From: Gammaproteobacteria bacterium
Lineage (GTDB): Bacteria; Pseudomonadota; Gammaproteobacteria; Porifericomitales; Porifericomitaceae
Length of the DNA stretch: 64,000 bases
Assembly: GCA_014238615.1 (NCBI GenBank)
Contig: JABAAT010000007.1
Coordinates: forward strand, 40,736 to 104,735
Direction of reading: 5' to 3'
Shown: piece by piece, positions 15,558 to 24,550 of the stretch
How positions within the stretch are numbered: the first letter of the stretch is position 1
Layout: every line of letters begins with the position of its first letter
Translations under genes and position numbers: made by a program
Notes under the pieces: model-generated
The model's database searches: none
Told to the model about the DNA's origin: nothing
The model's input: the letters and a program-made list of their open reading frames with translations, nothing else

Positions 15558-17780
15558 ATGCATACCCCGTCCCCCGCGCCGGGAACAGGTTCAGTGTCGA
15601 CTTCCATCCTGCGGGTCGCGCTGCCGGTGCCGCGGCGGCGGCTCTTTGACTACCTGCCGCCACAACGTCCGGAGCAGTCGTTGCGCCCCGGCATGCGCCT
15701 GCTGGTACCTTTCGGGCGCGGCCGCCGGATCGGCATACTTCTAGGCACCGCCGCTACCAGCGAACTGCCGCGACAGCGCTTGCGCCGCGTCCTGGCGCCG
15801 CTGGACAAAACACCGCTGCTGGACACCGCACAGCTGCGCCTGCTGGAGTGGGGCAGCCGCTACTACCAGTATCCCATCGGCGAGGTCGTGTTCGGCGCAC
15901 TGCCGGCCTTGCTGCGGACCAACGCCGCACCGCTCCCCGAGGCGGAATACTGGCGCATCACCGCCGCGCCGCCCGCCGCGCGGCGACTCAGTCCACGCAT
16001 GCGGGAGTTGCTGGAAACCCTGCGTCGGACGCCGGAGGGACTGGATACGGCGCGCCTGGAGGGCCGCGGCCGCCGGACCCTGGAAGCCCTGGCGCGGCGC
16101 GGCCTGGCGCGGCGCGGCGCGGCGCCGCTCGGTACGCCGCGCCAGGCCGTGCCGCGCCCCGGCCCACGGCTGAACCAGGCGCAACGCACGGTCGTGAACA
16201 CCCTCCTGGCCGAACTCGGGCGCCCGCGACCACGGCGCTTTCTGCTGGAAGGCATCACCGGCAGCGGCAAAACCGAAGTTTACCTGCGCGTGGTGGAGGA
16301 AGTGGCGCGGCGCGGCAGGCAGGCACTGGTGCTGCTACCCGAGATCGCCCTCACCCCGCAGCAACTGAAGCACTTCCAGGAACGCCTGGGAGTCTCCGTC
16401 GTGCTGCTGCATTCGGGATTGACGGAGCGCACCTGGCTCTGCAACTGGCGCGCCGCGCGCGGCGGCGAAGCCACCGTGATCCTGGGCACGCGCTCGGCGG
16501 TCTGGGCGCCGCTACGCAACCCCGGCGTCATCATCGTAGACGAGGAACATGACTCCTCCTACAAGCAGCAGCAAGGCTTCCGCTACCGCGCGCGCGACGT
16601 GGCGGTGATGCGCGCGCGCCACCAACGGGTGCCGGTGATCCTGGGAACGGCCACACCCTCCCTGGAATCCGCGCACAACAGTCTGCGCCGACGTTACCAG
16701 ACCCTGACTCTGCCACGGCGCGTCGGCGGCGCCCGGCTTCCTGAAATGCGCCTGCTGGACATGCGGGGAGCGCGCCTGCAGGGTGCCTTCACCGCGCCGT
16801 TGCTCCACGCCATCGGAAAAAACCTGGAGCGCGGGCAGCAAACCCTGATCTTTCGTAACCGGCGCGGGTTCGCACCGATCCTGCTGTGCCACGGCTGCGG
16901 CTGGCGCGCACTCTGCCCTGACTGCGAACTGCATATGACCTACCACAAGCGGCTGGGCCGCCTGCTCTGCCACCGCTGCGATCGATGGCAGAGCTGGCAG
17001 GGCCGTTGCCCCCAACCGAAATGCGGCGGCGACTGCCTGGAACTCGGACACGGCACCGAAAGACTGGAGGAAACCCTGGCCAATGCTTTCCCCGGCGCGC
17101 GCCTGGTGCGTATCGATCGCGACACCACCCGCGGCCGTGGGAGCCTGGAAAAACTGCTCGGGGAAGCACACAGCGATAAAACCGACATCCTGATCGGCAC
17201 CCAGATGCTGGCCAAGGGACACCATTTCCCGCGGCTCACCCTGGTCGCTATCGTGGACGCCGACCACGGGTTCTACAGCCTGGACTTTCGCGCCCTGGAA
17301 CACATGGCCCAGTTGATTACCCAGGTCAGCGGCCGCGCCGGACGCGCCCGCGAGCCGGGATTGGTGCTACTGCAAACCCACCAGCCACGGCATCCGCTGC
17401 TGGGCACCCTGCTCGCCGAAGGTTACGGCGCCTTCGCCGCGGCGGCGCTGAACGAACGCCGCGCGGCCGGCCTGCCGCCCTACAGGCGCTGGGCATTGCT
17501 GGGCGTTGAAAGCCCGCGCCGCGCGGATACCATGGATTTCCTGACCCGCGCGCGGCGCCTGCCGGAACTGGCATCCCTGGAAAAATTGAAGTGCTTCGGG
17601 CCACACAACGCGCCCATTCCTCGCAGGCAGGGACGCTACCGCGGCCAGTTGCTGTTACAGTCTCGCTCCTCCAGGCTGGTACCAGGCGCCCTGGAAGCTT
17701 GGCTACAACGCCTGGAAGAGCTGCCGCGGCCCCGTGACCTGCGTTGGGCACTGGACGTGGACCCGCTGGAAATTCTGTGA
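15558..17780 (+). CDS. priA: primosomal protein N' (replication restart helicase)
   Basis: 740 aa. Walker A GITGSGKTEVY, DEEH box, and two Cys4 zinc-finger motifs (LLCHGCGWRALCPDCELHMTYH...LLCHRCDRW). Confidence 0.9.
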   Translation: MHTPSPAPGTGSVSTSILRVALPVPRRRLFDYLPPQRPEQSLRPGMRLLVPFGRGRRIGILLGTAATSELPRQRLRRVLAPLDKTPLLDTAQLRLLEWGSRYYQYPIGEVVFGALPALLRTNAAPLPEAEYWRITAAPPAARRLSPRMRELLETLRRTPEGLDTARLEGRGRRTLEALARRGLARRGAAPLGTPRQAVPRPGPRLNQAQRTVVNTLLAELGRPRPRRFLLEGITGSGKTEVYLRVVEEVARRGRQALVLLPEIALTPQQLKHFQERLGVSVVLLHSGLTERTWLCNWRAARGGEATVILGTRSAVWAPLRNPGVIIVDEEHDSSYKQQQGFRYRARDVAVMRARHQRVPVILGTATPSLESAHNSLRRRYQTLTLPRRVGGARLPEMRLLDMRGARLQGAFTAPLLHAIGKNLERGQQTLIFRNRRGFAPILLCHGCGWRALCPDCELHMTYHKRLGRLLCHRCDRWQSWQGRCPQPKCGGDCLELGHGTERLEETLANAFPGARLVRIDRDTTRGRGSLEKLLGEAHSDKTDILIGTQMLAKGHHFPRLTLVAIVDADHGFYSLDFRALEHMAQLITQVSGRAGRAREPGLVLLQTHQPRHPLLGTLLAEGYGAFAAAALNERRAAGLPPYRRWALLGVESPRRADTMDFLTRARRLPELASLEKLKCFGPHNAPIPRRQGRYRGQLLLQSRSSRLVPGALEAWLQRLEELPRPRDLRWALDVDPLEIL

Positions 17781-17814
17781 AGCGCGACGAGCACCCCAGG
17801 CCACACGCAACGAC

Positions 17815-19563
17815 ATGATCAGAACCCGCCTGCTGGCCCTGCTGCACGAGGCGTTACGCGCCTGCGCCGCGCCCGCGGACGCCGGCCCGGCTTCCGGTGC
17901 GACGCTGGAACATCCGCGCAACACCGAACACGGCGATTATGCCAGCAACATCGCCCTGCTGCTCGCAAAAGCCAGCGGTACGGCGCCACGTTCCCTGGCG
18001 GAAAACATCCAGGCGGCGCTGCCGAACTCACCCCTGCTGGAACGCGCCGAGATAGCCAACCCCGGCTTCCTCAACCTGTTCGTGGCCCCCCAGGCCTACC
18101 TCGAGGAACTCCGGAAAATCCTCGCGCGCGGCGCGGCTTACGGGCGCGCCGCGGCCGGCTCCAAACCCCCGCTGCTGCTGGAATTCGTCTCCGCTAATCC
18201 CACCGGCCCATTGCACGTGGGGCACGGCCGCGGCGCCGCCTATGGGGACAGCCTGGCGCGCCTGCTGGAGGCCGCCGGCCACCCGGTCAGACGCGAATAT
18301 TACGTCAACGATGTAGGACATCAAACCGAGCTGCTGGCGCTCAGCACCTGGCTGCGCTACCTGGAAGCGCCCGACGGTGCGCCCCGGCTGCCTTTCCCGG
18401 AATGCGCCTACAAGGGCCCCGGCCCGGTCGCACTCGGGGCCGCACTTTACCGCGAGGAAGGCGACCACCTGCTCCACCGGCCACCCCTGGAGGCGCTGCG
18501 TGCCGCCGAGGCGGGAGGCGAAGCGGAACTGGAGCCGTTGCTCCGGGAAGCACGCGCGCTCCTCGGCGAAAAAAACTTCGACACAGTTCGCCGGTTCGCC
18601 TTGGAACACGTGCTGGAGGACATCCGCCTGGACCTGGAACAATTCGGCGTGTGCGTTGAACATTGGACTCGGGAAAGCGAATTGCAGGAATCCGGACGGG
18701 TGCAGGCTGCCCTGGAACGCCTGGAGGCCCGCGGCGGGGTGTTCCGGGAAAAAGGAGCACTCTGGCTGCGCTCCAGCGCCCATGGGGATGAAAAAGACCG
18801 GGTGCTGGTGCGCGCGGACGGTCGGCACACCTACTTCGCCGCCGACCTCGCCTACCACCTGGAGAAACTGGAGCACGGCCCCGGGAACCTCATCGATGTC
18901 TGGGGCGCCGACCACCATGGCTACGTGGCGCGCCTGCGTGCCGGGTTGCACATTTGCGGCGTCCCGGAGAAACGCCTGGAGGTGCTGCTGCTCCAGTTCG
19001 TCTCCCTGTCGCGCCACGGCAAGCGCGCGGCCATGTCCACCCGCGCCGGGGATTATGTCACCCTGCGCCGCCTCCGGGAGGAAACCGGCAAAGACGCGGC
19101 GCGTTTCTTCTACCTGTTGCGCAAACGCGAACAACACTTGGATTTTGACCTGGAGCTGGCCCGGGAACAGTCCAACGAAAACCCTGTTTATTACCTGCAG
19201 TTCGCCCACGCCCGGGTGCAGAGCGTGCTGCGCCGCAGCCGCAGCCGCTTTGCGGATCCGCGGCCGCGGCCGGAAACCCCCGGCGCGGGTCTGCTGCGTG
19301 AGCCGGAGGAACTGCGGTTACTCAAAAGCCTGGCACAATACCCGGAAGTCGTGGCAGACGCGGCCGCGGCCCGCGAACCGCACCAGTTGGCGCACTACCT
19401 GCGGGAGTTAGCCCGGGCCCTGCATGTCTGCTATGACCGGCACTTTATCCTCGGGCCGGAGACGGAGACACGCCGCGCCCGCCTGGCGCTGGCCGCCGCC
19501 ACCGCCCAGGTGCTGCGCAACGGACTGGAACTGCTGGGCTGCGAAGCGCCTGAGCGCATGTAG
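17815..19563 (+). CDS. argS: arginine--tRNA ligase
   Basis: Internal ATG giving MIRTRLLALLHEA. Class I HIGH motif PTGPLHVGHGRGAAYGD. Anticodon-binding C-terminus. Confidence 0.9.
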   Translation: MIRTRLLALLHEALRACAAPADAGPASGATLEHPRNTEHGDYASNIALLLAKASGTAPRSLAENIQAALPNSPLLERAEIANPGFLNLFVAPQAYLEELRKILARGAAYGRAAAGSKPPLLLEFVSANPTGPLHVGHGRGAAYGDSLARLLEAAGHPVRREYYVNDVGHQTELLALSTWLRYLEAPDGAPRLPFPECAYKGPGPVALGAALYREEGDHLLHRPPLEALRAAEAGGEAELEPLLREARALLGEKNFDTVRRFALEHVLEDIRLDLEQFGVCVEHWTRESELQESGRVQAALERLEARGGVFREKGALWLRSSAHGDEKDRVLVRADGRHTYFAADLAYHLEKLEHGPGNLIDVWGADHHGYVARLRAGLHICGVPEKRLEVLLLQFVSLSRHGKRAAMSTRAGDYVTLRRLREETGKDAARFFYLLRKREQHLDFDLELAREQSNENPVYYLQFAHARVQSVLRRSRSRFADPRPRPETPGAGLLREPEELRLLKSLAQYPEVVADAAAAREPHQLAHYLRELARALHVCYDRHFILGPETETRRARLALAAATAQVLRNGLELLGCEAPERM

Positions 19564-19573
19564 GCGCCCAACC

Positions 19574-20290
19574 ATGGAAAACGCCATGGAGAACAGCCTG
19601 GACAAGGGACTGAACACCGACCTGAAGCACCTGGGCCGACGCACGGCTGCCCGGCCCCAGCCCCCCTCCCGCAAGGCCGCGGCCTTGCTGGGACTGGCCT
19701 GCTTTCTCGCCGGTGTTCTCACCGGTGTTTCCGTTAATCCGGAGTTCGGCCGCGCGCCGCCCGAGGTGCAACCTCCCCCAGTCCAAAACGCCGGGGAGCC
19801 TGAAATCACGGCCGAAAAAGACCCCAAACCGATGAAATTCGAGTTCTACACCCTGCTGCCGGAACGCGAAGTGAAAGTGCCGGAATGGAGCGGTGCGCGG
19901 GAACCAGCGCCCCACCATCAGGCGGACGGAGCGAGCGGGGCGGACGGGGCGGACGGCGTCTCGGCGCCACGCGCCGGCTACATGCTGCAGGCCGGTTCTT
20001 TCCGGCTCCTGGAGGAAGCCGAGCGGCACCGTCGAAAACTCGCCGAATTCGGCGTGACGGCGGAGATACAAACGGTGGTTTTGGAGACGGGGGGACGCTG
20101 GCACCGGATCAGAATCGGCCCAAACGCTGATTCGGACGCGCTCAGAAAACTGCAGGCGCGCCTGCGCCGCCACGGCTTCCATTCCATGCTGCTGCGCCTG
20201 CGGCCGAAACCAGTGGAGCCAAAACCGGTAGAGAAAGGCGCGGCTGACACCACGAGCCGCGGAAGCGCTGGACAGACTTGGAGCGGGTGA
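19574..20290 (+). CDS. SPOR-domain protein (FtsN/DedD-like, cell division associated)
   Basis: Starts MENAMENSL. One TM (AALLGLACFLAGVLTGV), a Pro-rich linker, then a C-terminal SPOR-like block YMLQAGSFRLLEEAERHRRKLAEFGVTAEIQTVVLETGGRWHRIRIGP. A SPOR gene downstream of argS is a common arrangement. The 3' end overlaps tRNA-Gly on the opposite strand. Confidence 0.6.
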   Translation: MENAMENSLDKGLNTDLKHLGRRTAARPQPPSRKAAALLGLACFLAGVLTGVSVNPEFGRAPPEVQPPPVQNAGEPEITAEKDPKPMKFEFYTLLPEREVKVPEWSGAREPAPHHQADGASGADGADGVSAPRAGYMLQAGSFRLLEEAERHRRKLAEFGVTAEIQTVVLETGGRWHRIRIGPNADSDALRKLQARLRRHGFHSMLLRLRPKPVEPKPVEKGAADTTSRGSAGQTWSG

Positions 20291-20352
20291 TGGGAATCGA
20301 ACCCACGTCATCAGCTTGGGAAGCTGAGGTTCTGCCATTGAACTACACCCGC
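20279..20352 (-). tRNA. tRNA-Gly (anticodon CCC)
   Basis: Minus-strand sequence GCGGGTGTAGTTCAATGGCAGAACCTCAGCTTCCCAAGCTGATGACGTGGGTTCGATTCCCATCACCCGCTCCA. 7-bp acceptor stem; GTTC/GAAC D-stem; anticodon loop TTCCCAA; T-loop TTCGATTCC; encoded CCA. Near-identical to the E. coli glyU architecture. Confidence 0.85.
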
Positions 20353-20587
20353 GCACCACCAGCGGGCTCGCCCGGTAAGACGGGTGGATGAAAGCAGGCG
20401 GCCCTGGATCGATTCTCCATTATAATAGCACCGTTGAAGCCGGGAAACGGCGACCACGGGCCCCATGCGGAAGCGGGGCGCACCGTGCTCCCAGGCTTCC
20501 CCGGGAACTTCCCGGGGTAACCCCGGGGTACGAAGAGCCGCTAAAATAAACCAAGTGGCTGCTCCCACCCTCAAGGCAGCAACGCGC

Positions 20588-21022
20588 ATGAATCCGGAAC
20601 AGCAAAACAAAATCGGGACATCCCAACCCACCGTGGTGCTGATTGACAACAGCCATGCTATGCAGTCCATGCTGCGCGACTGCCTGCTGGATTTCCAAGT
20701 GTCACTACTGCACTACAATACCGTGGAAGAAGCGGACCGCTACCTACACTCCCACCAACCGGATATAATCTTTCTCAGCCTGCTGATGCCGGACAAAAAC
20801 GGTCTCATCTACCTGCGTGAGCTGCGCCAGCAGATCATGCACCGCTACACGCAGGTCGTCATCGTGACTTCCAAGGATTACGAACAGGATCGGGGCGCCG
20901 CCCAGGAATTGGGGGTGTCCGCCTTCCTCGTGAAACCCATGCCCATGCAGGAACTCACCGAGACCGTGCGGACCTGCATCGAAAAAAACGAAGCGGATAT
21001 AGAGCGCACTCTTCAGCTTTAA
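20588..21022 (+). CDS. single-domain response regulator (CheY-like receiver)
   Basis: VVLIDNSHAMQSMLRD...IIFLSLLMPDKNG...VVIVTSKD...FLVKP gives the receiver acidic pocket, phospho-Asp and conserved Thr/Lys positions. GC about 55%, lower than its neighbours. Confidence 0.75.
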   Translation: MNPEQQNKIGTSQPTVVLIDNSHAMQSMLRDCLLDFQVSLLHYNTVEEADRYLHSHQPDIIFLSLLMPDKNGLIYLRELRQQIMHRYTQVVIVTSKDYEQDRGAAQELGVSAFLVKPMPMQELTETVRTCIEKNEADIERTLQL

Positions 21023-21040
21023 ACCCTGGAATACCTTAGC

Positions 21041-21991
21041 TTGGGACGGGAAATGGAAAACGAGGATTGCTACTTGCGCTTCTGGGGTGTGCGCGGTTCC
21101 TACGCTTCACCTTATTCCTCACACCTGCGGGTCGGCGGCAACACCTCCTGCGTGGAACTGCGCGTGGGACGGCACATCCTGCTCTGCGACGCCGGCACCG
21201 GCATCATCCCCCTGGGCGAGCAGCTGATGCGCCGGGAACCGCCGCAAAGAGAACTCTTCATCGTGCTCACGCACTACCACTGGGATCACATCTGCGGCCT
21301 GCCTTTCTTCATTCCCGCGTTTTCACCGGAATGGCACCTGAAGATCTTCGGCCCGGGGCAGGACGCCCAGGAAGTGGAAGACTACGTATCCAGCCAGATG
21401 ACCTCGCCTTTTTTCCCGGTGAGCACCGCCACCTGGCTGGCCGACATCGAATACCTGGCTCCTAAAACCAGGGAATTCACATACGGGCCTTTCAACATCC
21501 GCTATCAGAACGTGCATCACCCGGGCATCACCTTCGGTTATCGCATCGAGGTCGCCGGCCGCTCCATCGTCTATATCTCCGACAACGAATGCCTGTTCCT
21601 GGAAAAAACCATCACCCAGAAGTCCGCGCAGTTCAACGCCATGGAACGGCGCTACTACGACGAGATGCAGAAGGAGGAGTACGAGGCGGAGCTGGAATTG
21701 CTCACGGGAGCGGATGTCCTCATCCACGATGCCCAGTACACCCGCGAGGAATACGACAAGAAGCAGGGTTGGGGACATTCCTATTACCTGGACACCGTGA
21801 AGTCGGCCCTGGGCGCTGGAGTCAAACTGCTGTTTCTATTTCACCATGACCCCAGCCATGACGACGAAAAGATGCGCGAGATCCACTATCACGCGCTGGA
21901 AAAGATCAACCAGTATTCTTCGCCCATGAAATGCCTGGTGGCGCGCGAGGGAGTCAAGCTCCACCTGAACGGCCCCGGACGCATCGGGTGA
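21041..21991 (+). CDS. MBL-fold metallo-hydrolase
   Basis: HxHxDH motif LTHYHWDHICGLPFF plus downstream His/Asp ligands (HHPG, DNE, HD, FHHD). An alternative ATG at 21053 is possible. Confidence 0.75.
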   Translation: MGREMENEDCYLRFWGVRGSYASPYSSHLRVGGNTSCVELRVGRHILLCDAGTGIIPLGEQLMRREPPQRELFIVLTHYHWDHICGLPFFIPAFSPEWHLKIFGPGQDAQEVEDYVSSQMTSPFFPVSTATWLADIEYLAPKTREFTYGPFNIRYQNVHHPGITFGYRIEVAGRSIVYISDNECLFLEKTITQKSAQFNAMERRYYDEMQKEEYEAELELLTGADVLIHDAQYTREEYDKKQGWGHSYYLDTVKSALGAGVKLLFLFHHDPSHDDEKMREIHYHALEKINQYSSPMKCLVAREGVKLHLNGPGRIG

Positions 21992-22053
21992 CACATCGGG
22001 TGACGCACCGGGTGAAGCAGGCAGGCGAAGCCGCGGCGGAGCCTGGCGCGCGG

Positions 22054-22245
22054 GTGTATATCAACGGGCAGGCCCGGCGCCTGGAACGGCCGCTCAGCGT
22101 GGCCGCCCTGCTGCGGGAATTGGGTCTGCACGGCCGCCTCGCGGTTGAGGTGAACGGTTGCATCGTGCCCCGCGGACGGCACCCGGAACAATTGCTCCGA
22201 GATTCGGATCGCCTTGAAATCGTGCGCGCTGTCGGTGGCGGCTGA
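22054..22245 (+). CDS. thiS: sulfur carrier protein ThiS
   Basis: C-terminal ...[11 protein letters not shown] (Gly-Gly end) and a VYINGQ start region. A GTG start was chosen to give ~63 aa; an upstream in-frame start cannot be excluded. Immediately upstream of thiG. Confidence 0.6.
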   Translation: MYINGQARRLERPLSVAALLRELGLHGRLAVEVNGCIVPRGRHPEQLLRDSDRLEIVRAVGGG

Positions 22246-22272
22246 AGCCGCTGCAGCAGCAGCGGCTTCAGC
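22241..22272 (+). promoter_or_regulatory. perfect 14-bp-stem hairpin between thiS and thiG (overlaps the thiS stop codon)
   Basis: GCTGAAGCCGCTGC-AGCA-GCAGCGGCTTCAGC; no U-tract follows. Confidence 0.4.
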
Positions 22273-22279
22273 CGCCACA

Positions 22280-23071
22280 ATGGATCGGCCGCTCCGCATT
22301 GCCGGGCGCGACTACCAATCGCGCCTGCTGATCGGCACCGGTAAATACCGCGACCTGGAGGAAACCCAACGCGCGGTAGAGGCCAGCGGCGCCGAGATCG
22401 TGACCATGGCAATGCGCCGCGCAACGCTCCCGGTGAAAGGGGCGGGGGAACAGGAAGAAGCCAGCCTCCTGGAGTGCCTGCCCCCGGAACGCTACACCAT
22501 CCTGCCGAACACGGCCGGCTGTTACGACGCCGAGTCGGCGCTCAGGACCTGCCGCCTGGCGCGGGAGCTGCTGGAGACTGACCTGGTGAAACTGGAGGTG
22601 CTGGGCGACCGGGAAACCCTCCATCCAGACATCCCGGAGACCCTGCGCGCGGCCAAACAGCTGGTGCGGGAGGGCTTCCACGTGCTGGCCTACACGAATG
22701 ACGATCCGGTGGCGGCGCGGCGCCTGGAGGAACTGGGTTGCGTGGCGGTCATGCCGATGGGGGCCCCCATCGGCTCCGGGCTGGGCATACGCAATCCACT
22801 GAACATCCTCAAGATCCTGGATCAGGCCTCCGTGCCGATCCTGGTGGACGCCGGAGTAGGCACGGCATCCGACGCCGCTTTCGCCATGGAACTGGGTTGC
22901 GACGCGGTGCTCATGAACACCGCCATCGCCGCCGCGCGGGAACCGGTGCGCATGGCCGTCGCCATGCGCCAGGCGGTACAGGCCGGCCGCCAGGCTTACC
23001 TGGCCGGGCGCATGCGGGCGCGTTTCACGGGCAGTCCTTCTTCTCCCTCCGGCGGCCTGCTCGTTCCTTGA
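22280..23071 (+). CDS. thiG: thiazole synthase
   Basis: [23 protein letters not shown]...; TIM-barrel ThiG signature, 263 aa. Confidence 0.9.
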   Translation: MDRPLRIAGRDYQSRLLIGTGKYRDLEETQRAVEASGAEIVTMAMRRATLPVKGAGEQEEASLLECLPPERYTILPNTAGCYDAESALRTCRLARELLETDLVKLEVLGDRETLHPDIPETLRAAKQLVREGFHVLAYTNDDPVAARRLEELGCVAVMPMGAPIGSGLGIRNPLNILKILDQASVPILVDAGVGTASDAAFAMELGCDAVLMNTAIAAAREPVRMAVAMRQAVQAGRQAYLAGRMRARFTGSPSSPSGGLLVP

Positions 23072-23781
23072 GTCACCCTCCCGGCGAAAAAACCGCGCAC
23101 GCCCCTGTCCCGGAACGTCCACGCGGGCGCTCCGGACGGCTCACCCACGGCCAGGGCCGCGCCCTGCGGGAACTATGGCCACGCTACGGATTGGAATACG
23201 CGCCCACACCGATCGATGCGGAGGCCGTCTTCAGCCGCCGCGCACCACTCTGGCTGGACATCGGCAGCGGCACCGGAGACAGCAGCATCGGCCTGGCGCG
23301 CACCCATCCGGACCGCGACTTCCTGGCACTGGAACCTTACCCGCCCGGCGTGGGACGACTGTTGCGCCGCCTGGAGGAAGAGCGCTTGGAAAACGTGCGC
23401 GTGATGCGCTGCACCGCGCGCGAAATCCTGGAACGGCCACTCTCCGGGGTCCACCTGGAGCGAGTGCTGATCCTGTTTCCCGACCCCTGGCCCAAGCGGC
23501 GCCACCATAAGCGGCGGCTGGTAAACGACGCGTTCCTGCGCCTGCTGGCCGGACGCCTGGCCCCACACGGCCGCGTGCACATCGCCACTGACTGCGCGGA
23601 GTACGCCCAAAACATGCTGAAAGCCCTGGCGGCGGTCCCGGAACTGGCGAACCTGGCCGGCACCGGACGCTACGCGCCCCGCCCCCGCTGGCGGCCTCGC
23701 ACCAAGTATGAAGCCGCCGCCCTGGCGGCACGGCGCCGCGTCTATGAACTGCTTCTGGCGCACGTCCCCGACAGCTGCTGA
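23068..23781 (+). CDS. trmB: tRNA (guanine46-N7)-methyltransferase
   Basis: [14 protein letters not shown] motif, [13 protein letters not shown] site, N-terminal GRLTHGQ. No in-frame ATG; a TTG at 23068 overlapping the thiG stop (TTGA) gives an N-terminus of E. coli-like length. thiSG-trmB synteny. Confidence 0.75.
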   Translation: MSHPPGEKTAHAPVPERPRGRSGRLTHGQGRALRELWPRYGLEYAPTPIDAEAVFSRRAPLWLDIGSGTGDSSIGLARTHPDRDFLALEPYPPGVGRLLRRLEEERLENVRVMRCTAREILERPLSGVHLERVLILFPDPWPKRRHHKRRLVNDAFLRLLAGRLAPHGRVHIATDCAEYAQNMLKALAAVPELANLAGTGRYAPRPRWRPRTKYEAAALAARRRVYELLLAHVPDSC

Positions 23782-23846
23782 GGGGCGTCGGGTTCGGAGA
23801 GCCCGCTTAACCAGGCCCCCTTATCACCCCCAGGCAGCCGCAACCA

Positions 23847-24461
23847 TCAATCCAACACCCCGATGGCCGCCACCGTACCAAAGCCGACCCCAATCCACAC
23901 CCCCAGGGGCAGGCTTTCAAACCAGTCGAAAACAGCCGCCCTTTTGGGCGGCTCCTCCGCCTCTCCCTCGACGCCCCCCTCCGCCCCCGCAACGACCCAA
24001 CGCCCACTCCAGTAGTCCAGGCCGTTCACGCGCAGCACGCTGGATCCGTTGCCGTAGCGCACCCATTCCAGGCTGCCGCCGTACCGCACGGCCAGGGAAT
24101 TCCCCCAGCCTTCTGACAGGAAAGTCCGCGCAGGTTCTGAAGCGGGACTCTCCCGCTGCAACACCAGGCCCAGACCCCGCGACCGATGCGCCTTGGCGCC
24201 CGCCCCGAAGTCCATCCGGTAGTAAAGCAGCATCTGCGAATCACCCTCGGCCGACGCATGGCCCGGTAAACCCAGGCCCAGACCCAGGCCCAGACCCAGG
24301 TTCATAAGCACGAGGTAAAACAATCGGAAACAGCGCCGGGAGCAGGGGCGCGGCACCTGGAGAACAGATTGCGGCCGATAAAATAATGGATACATGGTTT
24401 CTTCCTCAGAGACTGGCCATACTTGGGGGGGGACGGAGCAACGCGGGGCCCCGGACGCCAA
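23847..24461 (-). CDS. hypothetical protein (possibly spurious or shorter)
   Basis: 204-aa ORF in high-GC DNA with a (GL)5 hexanucleotide-repeat segment and a C-terminal hydrophobic stretch. A minus-strand intrinsic-terminator-like hairpin lies inside its 3' part, which argues against the full length. Confidence 0.25.
   Translation of the reverse strand: MASGAPRCSVPPQVWPVSEEETMYPLFYRPQSVLQVPRPCSRRCFRLFYLVLMNLGLGLGLGLGLPGHASAEGDSQMLLYYRMDFGAGAKAHRSRGLGLVLQRESPASEPARTFLSEGWGNSLAVRYGGSLEWVRYGNGSSVLRVNGLDYWSGRWVVAGAEGGVEGEAEEPPKRAAVFDWFESLPLGVWIGVGFGTVAAIGVLD
23921..23952 (-). terminator. putative rho-independent terminator (minus strand)
   Basis: On the minus strand, GCCGCCCAAAAGGGCGGC hairpin followed by UGUUUUCG. 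Confidence 0.4.
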
Positions 24462-24550
24462 CCGAAGTCAGCTGAAATCCCATTCAAACTGCAGCCTCGA
24501 TCCTAGCGCAAAACAAATGCCTGCAGAAGGTTAGGAAGCAGGCGCCCCCC

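Noticed and set aside
20353-21991. tRNA-Gly-integrated genomic island
   Set aside because: The cassette lies on the 5' side of the tRNA, not at its 3' end. No integrase and no direct repeat of the tRNA 3' end was found.
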